A model generated the notes under the pieces. It did not search any database, was not told the DNA's origin, and saw nothing but the letters and a program-made list of their open reading frames with translations. Below are positions 16,714 to 19,971 of a stretch of DNA of 19,971 bases, in pieces; the first letter of the stretch is position 1, and each line of letters opens with the position of its first letter. Origin of the DNA: a candidate division WOR-3 bacterium (GTDB taxonomy: Bacteria > Hydrothermota > Hydrothermia > JBDRYB01); NCBI GenBank assembly GCA_049969615.1, contig JBMFOM010000026.1, positions 1 to 19,971 on the forward strand, in the 5' to 3' direction. Position numbers and translations under genes: made by a program.

Positions 16714-17307
16714 CTACTTTATCCATGGATAGACCCTCCCTTTCTCCTTTCGTATCTTTGCGGCAAGCTTCAGGAATCCATACAGGAGCGACTCCGGCCT
16801 CGGCGGGCAACCAGGCACATATACATCTATGGGGATTATCCAATCCGCTCCCTGGACGACCGCGAAAGAGTTATACATCCCTCCGGTTGAAGCGCACGCG
16901 CCCATTGCTATTGACCACTTTGGTTGTGCCATCTGTTCCCATAGCTGGCGCACCACCGGAGCCATCTTCTTTGTGAGGGTTCCAGCTATCACGATCAGGT
17001 CTGCCTGCCGCGGTGATGGTCTGAATACCTCATAGCCAAAACGGGCCATGTCAAAACGGGGGCCGCCGGTTGCCATCTGTTCAATCGCGCAACACGCCAG
17101 ACCAAATGTCAACGGGAAAAGCGAGTTGCCCCTTGCCCAGTTGACTACCCACTGGCTCATCCTCTCAACGGTCGTGAATAGCACCCTCTGCGCGAGCGTT
17201 CTTCTTATTGCCTCTTCTTCCTCTGGGCTGAGACGTATCCTTATCTCCTCAAGGTCACGCAGAAATCGTTCCCTTGCCTCATTGTTTGGTCTTTCTATCA
17301 CTTCCAT
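16714..17307 (-). CDS. nuoB: NADH-quinone oxidoreductase subunit B
   Basis: [39 protein letters not shown]. Start ATG 17307 (alternative GTG 17328). Confidence 0.96.
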   Translation of the reverse strand: MEVIERPNNEARERFLRDLEEIRIRLSPEEEEAIRRTLAQRVLFTTVERMSQWVVNWARGNSLFPLTFGLACCAIEQMATGGPRFDMARFGYEVFRPSPRQADLIVIAGTLTKKMAPVVRQLWEQMAQPKWSIAMGACASTGGMYNSFAVVQGADWIIPIDVYVPGCPPRPESLLYGFLKLAAKIRKEKGRVYPWIK

Positions 17308-17651
17308 TCCAGTCCCTTTCTCCCCCACGCGTATATGTAGCCGAAGACCAGTATTCCTATGAAGATGAGGGCCTCAACGAGGCCAAACAACCCGAGCTTC
17401 TCGGTCTGAACCGCCCAGGGAAACAGCAGGGCCACCTCAACATCAAACGCCAGAAACAGGAGTGCGATGACGAAAAAGCGAACCGAGAACCTTATCCGTG
17501 GAGTGCCCACGGGCCTTATCCCGCATTCGTATGGCTCGTTCTTCTTTTCTTCCCGGATTGACGGCCCCAGGAACATGGAGGCTATGACTCCTCCAAACCC
17601 TATGGCCATTCCGGCAACGAGCATTATCAACAAAGGTATCTTTGGGTCCAT
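17298..17651 (-). CDS. nuoA: NADH-quinone oxidoreductase subunit A
   Basis: PYECG, FLAFDVE...LFPWA, GLEW. Three TM segments. GGAGGA RBS. Confidence 0.96.
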   Translation of the reverse strand: MDPKIPLLIMLVAGMAIGFGGVIASMFLGPSIREEKKNEPYECGIRPVGTPRIRFSVRFFVIALLFLAFDVEVALLFPWAVQTEKLGLFGLVEALIFIGILVFGYIYAWGRKGLEWK

Positions 17652-17753
17652 CTATGCTCCTCCGAAGTCCTCCCGGCGGGTTGGGGAGGGATGTGATTTG
17701 AGGATAATATGTGCCATGGGTTCATCTATGTCCCTCCGAAATCCTCCCACCGG
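17643..17753. repeat. Imperfect 37-bp direct repeat, 74-bp period, at the lipoprotein/nuoA junction
   Basis: 17643-17679 vs 17717-17753, 31/37 identical, ungapped. Confidence 0.85.
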
Positions 17754-18274
17754 ACGATATACCAGAAACCCGTATCTGGGTGTTTTTTCATGGAAAACCT
17801 GGCCCTGCCCTCCGCGACTGATGACCCTTCCTCAGGAGGTGGCTCTATGACCAAATAGTAGTTGCATATCCAGAGGGATGAGGTGTCATCCCCCCTGACC
17901 CTACGGAGCTGGCTCAGCGTCAAATCAAGGCTACCGCCCTCGCTTTCCCTGATGTAATCAAACAATGTCTGAGCGGAAAGCCTTTCCTCGGTTCTGCCCC
18001 AGACCAGGCTATCCAGGCCCCAGTTGTTCTTGAGGAGCTCCAGAATGCCTTCCTCGCCTGGGTCAAAGTAGAACTTGAACGAATCGTCCAGACAGGCCAT
18101 GTATCCCTCCAGGTCAAGGCTAACATAAGCCGCCTGGAGGTTCTCTAATACTATGCTATCGGTCAATGGCAAGGGATAACCCATTCCGGGCTCTGCCGGT
18201 GGGCTGAAGGGGTTCCAACACCCCGCGAATAAGGGAGCGGAGAACCCAAGGAACCAGCGTCCTAACCTGGACAT
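17726..18274 (-). CDS. Putative lipoprotein of unknown function, possibly NTF2-like
   Basis: Lipobox FAGC followed by WNPFSP. VLENLQAAY..LD..GY..CLDDSF.F.F and terminal WYIVRWED are suggestive of an NTF2-like fold. Confidence 0.7.
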   Translation of the reverse strand: MSRLGRWFLGFSAPLFAGCWNPFSPPAEPGMGYPLPLTDSIVLENLQAAYVSLDLEGYMACLDDSFKFYFDPGEEGILELLKNNWGLDSLVWGRTEERLSAQTLFDYIRESEGGSLDLTLSQLRRVRGDDTSSLWICNYYLVIEPPPEEGSSVAEGRARFSMKKHPDTGFWYIVRWEDFGGT

Positions 18275-18291
18275 GGCGGCGCGCGGGTGGA

Positions 18292-18537
18292 CTAAACCAC
18301 CGAGACATACACCCGGTTTTTGCGGCGCTCAAACCTGACCGTGCCCTCCTTGAGGGCAAAAAGGGTGTCGTCTCCGCCTTTGCCTACATTCAATCCGGGG
18401 TAAATCCTGGTTCCCCGTTGCCGTATGAGAACCTGGCCCGGCTTCGCTGATTGTCCATCGCCCAGCTTAACGCCCAGGCGCTTTGAAGCGCTGTCCCTTC
18501 CGTTGCGTGTTGATCCCTGGCCTTTCTTGTGAGCCAC
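18292..18537 (-). CDS. rpmA: 50S ribosomal protein L27
   Basis: [22 protein letters not shown]...RQRGT...[11 protein letters not shown] start with AAGGAGGT RBS. Confidence 0.99.
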   Translation of the reverse strand: MAHKKGQGSTRNGRDSASKRLGVKLGDGQSAKPGQVLIRQRGTRIYPGLNVGKGGDDTLFALKEGTVRFERRKNRVYVSVV

Positions 18538-18565
18538 GGTAACCTCCTTTCTCAGGGAGATGTAA

Positions 18566-18595
18566 ATGATAATCCAGGATTACGGCCCAGATCAA
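18566..18595 (-). promoter_or_regulatory. Putative sigma70 promoter TTGATC-N18-TATCAT for rpmA
   Basis: -35 at 18595-18590 and -10 at 18571-18566. Confidence 0.55.
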
Positions 18596-18599
18596 GGCC

Positions 18600-19829
18600 T
18601 CATTTCACCAGAAATGCCTGCTTCCCCAGACCCTTTGCATCAAGTATATAAACCCCTGGCAAGAGTATGGCCGTTGAAAAGCTCGCCATCCTCCCGGAGA
18701 CCAATGCCCTGCCAGAGAGGTCATATACCGCGAGGTCGTATTCCCCGTCCAGACGAATCTCCTGGCCCCTGAGGAAAACCGTTCCGGGGATGAGGGAGGG
18801 GCTTTCGGTTTGGGCCTCGTCCGTGCCAACCGTGAAGAACTTGTGGGCTACATGGAGGCGTCCCGTGGTCGAGCTCCGGTATGCGACAAAAAGATTGCCG
18901 CCAGGGGTAAGCAAAACCGTGGTGCGTCCTGAGGTGCCTTCGCCTGGTATGTAATCAAACCACCAAGAGCCATTGTAGTAAAAGGCGACATTACCGCCGG
19001 CTCCAGCAATGATCTCTCCGGTGGGCAGTTCCTCCAGATCAACCCCGCTTATGCCCAGGTTCCATTGATCGTTCACGCGAGTGACTCCGATCCTGAACCA
19101 AGAGAAATTGCCCTTGGCCATGTTGAGCCAACGGCAACCTTCGGAGTTATCCCAGCGAGAATAAACCGCGCCGCGTGCATCTTTCACTTCGTAATACCAG
19201 TAATGAGTAGGCCCATAAAAACCGTGGTTGTAGAAGAAATAAAGGTAGAGTAAGTTAAATCCATATGCGTAGGTATCTATTGGCCCTACATCCCAGATCT
19301 CAGCATACGCGTACTGCTCAGGAGAATAAAACACAAGCCAGCCCCTATCTATGACACGATAGGTCCAACCTGCTTCCTCCAGGGTGTAAAATCCCACACA
19401 AGAAGCACTTGTAGCACCGCCCCACCGGAGCTCAGTTATGTAAATGGAATCCTTGCCCGTAACCCCTATTGAAATATCCTTAGGATACCAGTCTGGGGGG
19501 TAATTGGCTATCGCTTCCTCCTCCCAGGTATCTCCAACCCTCTTGGAATGCCATAGGGGCTGGTTTCTCCTAAATACCACATGGGGAATACCCGATGAGT
19601 CATAGGCCAGCGCGGGGGACACACTGTAACTATATGATGTCGTTATTGTGTCCAAAACCCACCCTGTCCCCGTGTATTCCGCGAGACAGAGCACTGATCC
19701 CAGCATGCCGAAAACGACTCCCGGCTGACCCGTCACGGGGCTGAGGGCCATCGCGTCAAAATCCAGGTCAGCGCATGGCCACAGGGTATCCACGACCCAA
19801 ACCGGAGCGGCTATGAGCAAGGCGAACAT
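18600..19829 (-). CDS. Secreted beta-rich protein with T9SS-type C-terminal domain
   Basis: AGGAGG RBS. Propeller-like segments PALAYDSSGIPHVVF and LLTPGGNLFVAY. C-terminal VGTDE...VYDLSGR...LPGVYIL. Confidence 0.8.
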   Translation of the reverse strand: MFALLIAAPVWVVDTLWPCADLDFDAMALSPVTGQPGVVFGMLGSVLCLAEYTGTGWVLDTITTSYSYSVSPALAYDSSGIPHVVFRRNQPLWHSKRVGDTWEEEAIANYPPDWYPKDISIGVTGKDSIYITELRWGGATSASCVGFYTLEEAGWTYRVIDRGWLVFYSPEQYAYAEIWDVGPIDTYAYGFNLLYLYFFYNHGFYGPTHYWYYEVKDARGAVYSRWDNSEGCRWLNMAKGNFSWFRIGVTRVNDQWNLGISGVDLEELPTGEIIAGAGGNVAFYYNGSWWFDYIPGEGTSGRTTVLLTPGGNLFVAYRSSTTGRLHVAHKFFTVGTDEAQTESPSLIPGTVFLRGQEIRLDGEYDLAVYDLSGRALVSGRMASFSTAILLPGVYILDAKGLGKQAFLVK

Positions 19830-19848
19830 ATCAACCTCCTCAGCCTAA

Positions 19849-19878
19849 ATAATAAAGCTCGTGCCGAAAATTTTGCAA
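19849..19878 (-). promoter_or_regulatory. Putative sigma70 promoter TTGCAA-N18-TATTAT
   Basis: -35 at 19878-19873 and -10 at 19854-19849, 19 nt upstream of ATG 19829. Confidence 0.5.
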
Positions 19879-19971
19879 CCAAGCCAAAGACAAGGGTTCC
19901 ATTCCCTCTCAGTAGGCGCGGAGATGGGGTTTTGGGCCAAAATATGGCCCTCCCCCATAAACAAGACAAAG

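Noticed and set aside
14962..17307. Group 4 NiFe hydrogenase instead of complex I
   Set aside because: The large subunit lacks both CxxC Ni-binding motifs, and the small subunit has the tandem CC of NuoB.
486..19253. Many antisense or alternate-frame ORFs (e.g. 2017-2655, 6762-7451, 10665-11354, 13933-14511)
   Set aside because: They are shadows of well-supported genes in GC-rich DNA, with no recognisable motifs.

Overview
Bacterial chromosomal window of moderately high GC, mostly housekeeping and cell-envelope genes. The + strand (501-12144) carries a PrsA-like lipoprotein foldase, a SurA-like PPIase, a dCMP deaminase, a GT4 glycosyltransferase, and a coupled run of LVIVD-repeat protein, DUF432-like protein, MscS, rsmD, coaD, secreted metallophosphoesterase, fmt and rsmA, then a secreted protein with a T9SS-type C-terminal domain. 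The - strand (19829-12208) carries a T9SS-CTD protein, a lone rpmA, a lipoprotein, a partial complex I operon (nuoABCDEF), a two-domain S1 protein and a SpeD-family decarboxylase. T9SS-type CTDs alongside strong Shine-Dalgarno sites and sigma70-like promoters suggest a non-Bacteroidota FCB-related lineage such as WOR-3 (inference only). The least explained signals are: (i) ultra-short signal peptides with no basic n-region, often followed by Gln; (ii) a MITE-like dispersed repeat at 17-370 and 3201-3310, one copy enclosing a hairpin-rich candidate RNA; (iii) two nuo gene junctions whose RBS and start codon are duplicated around short spacers; (iv) an S1-domain gene and speD directly following nuoF. 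All alignments and counts were done by hand; no database searches were run.
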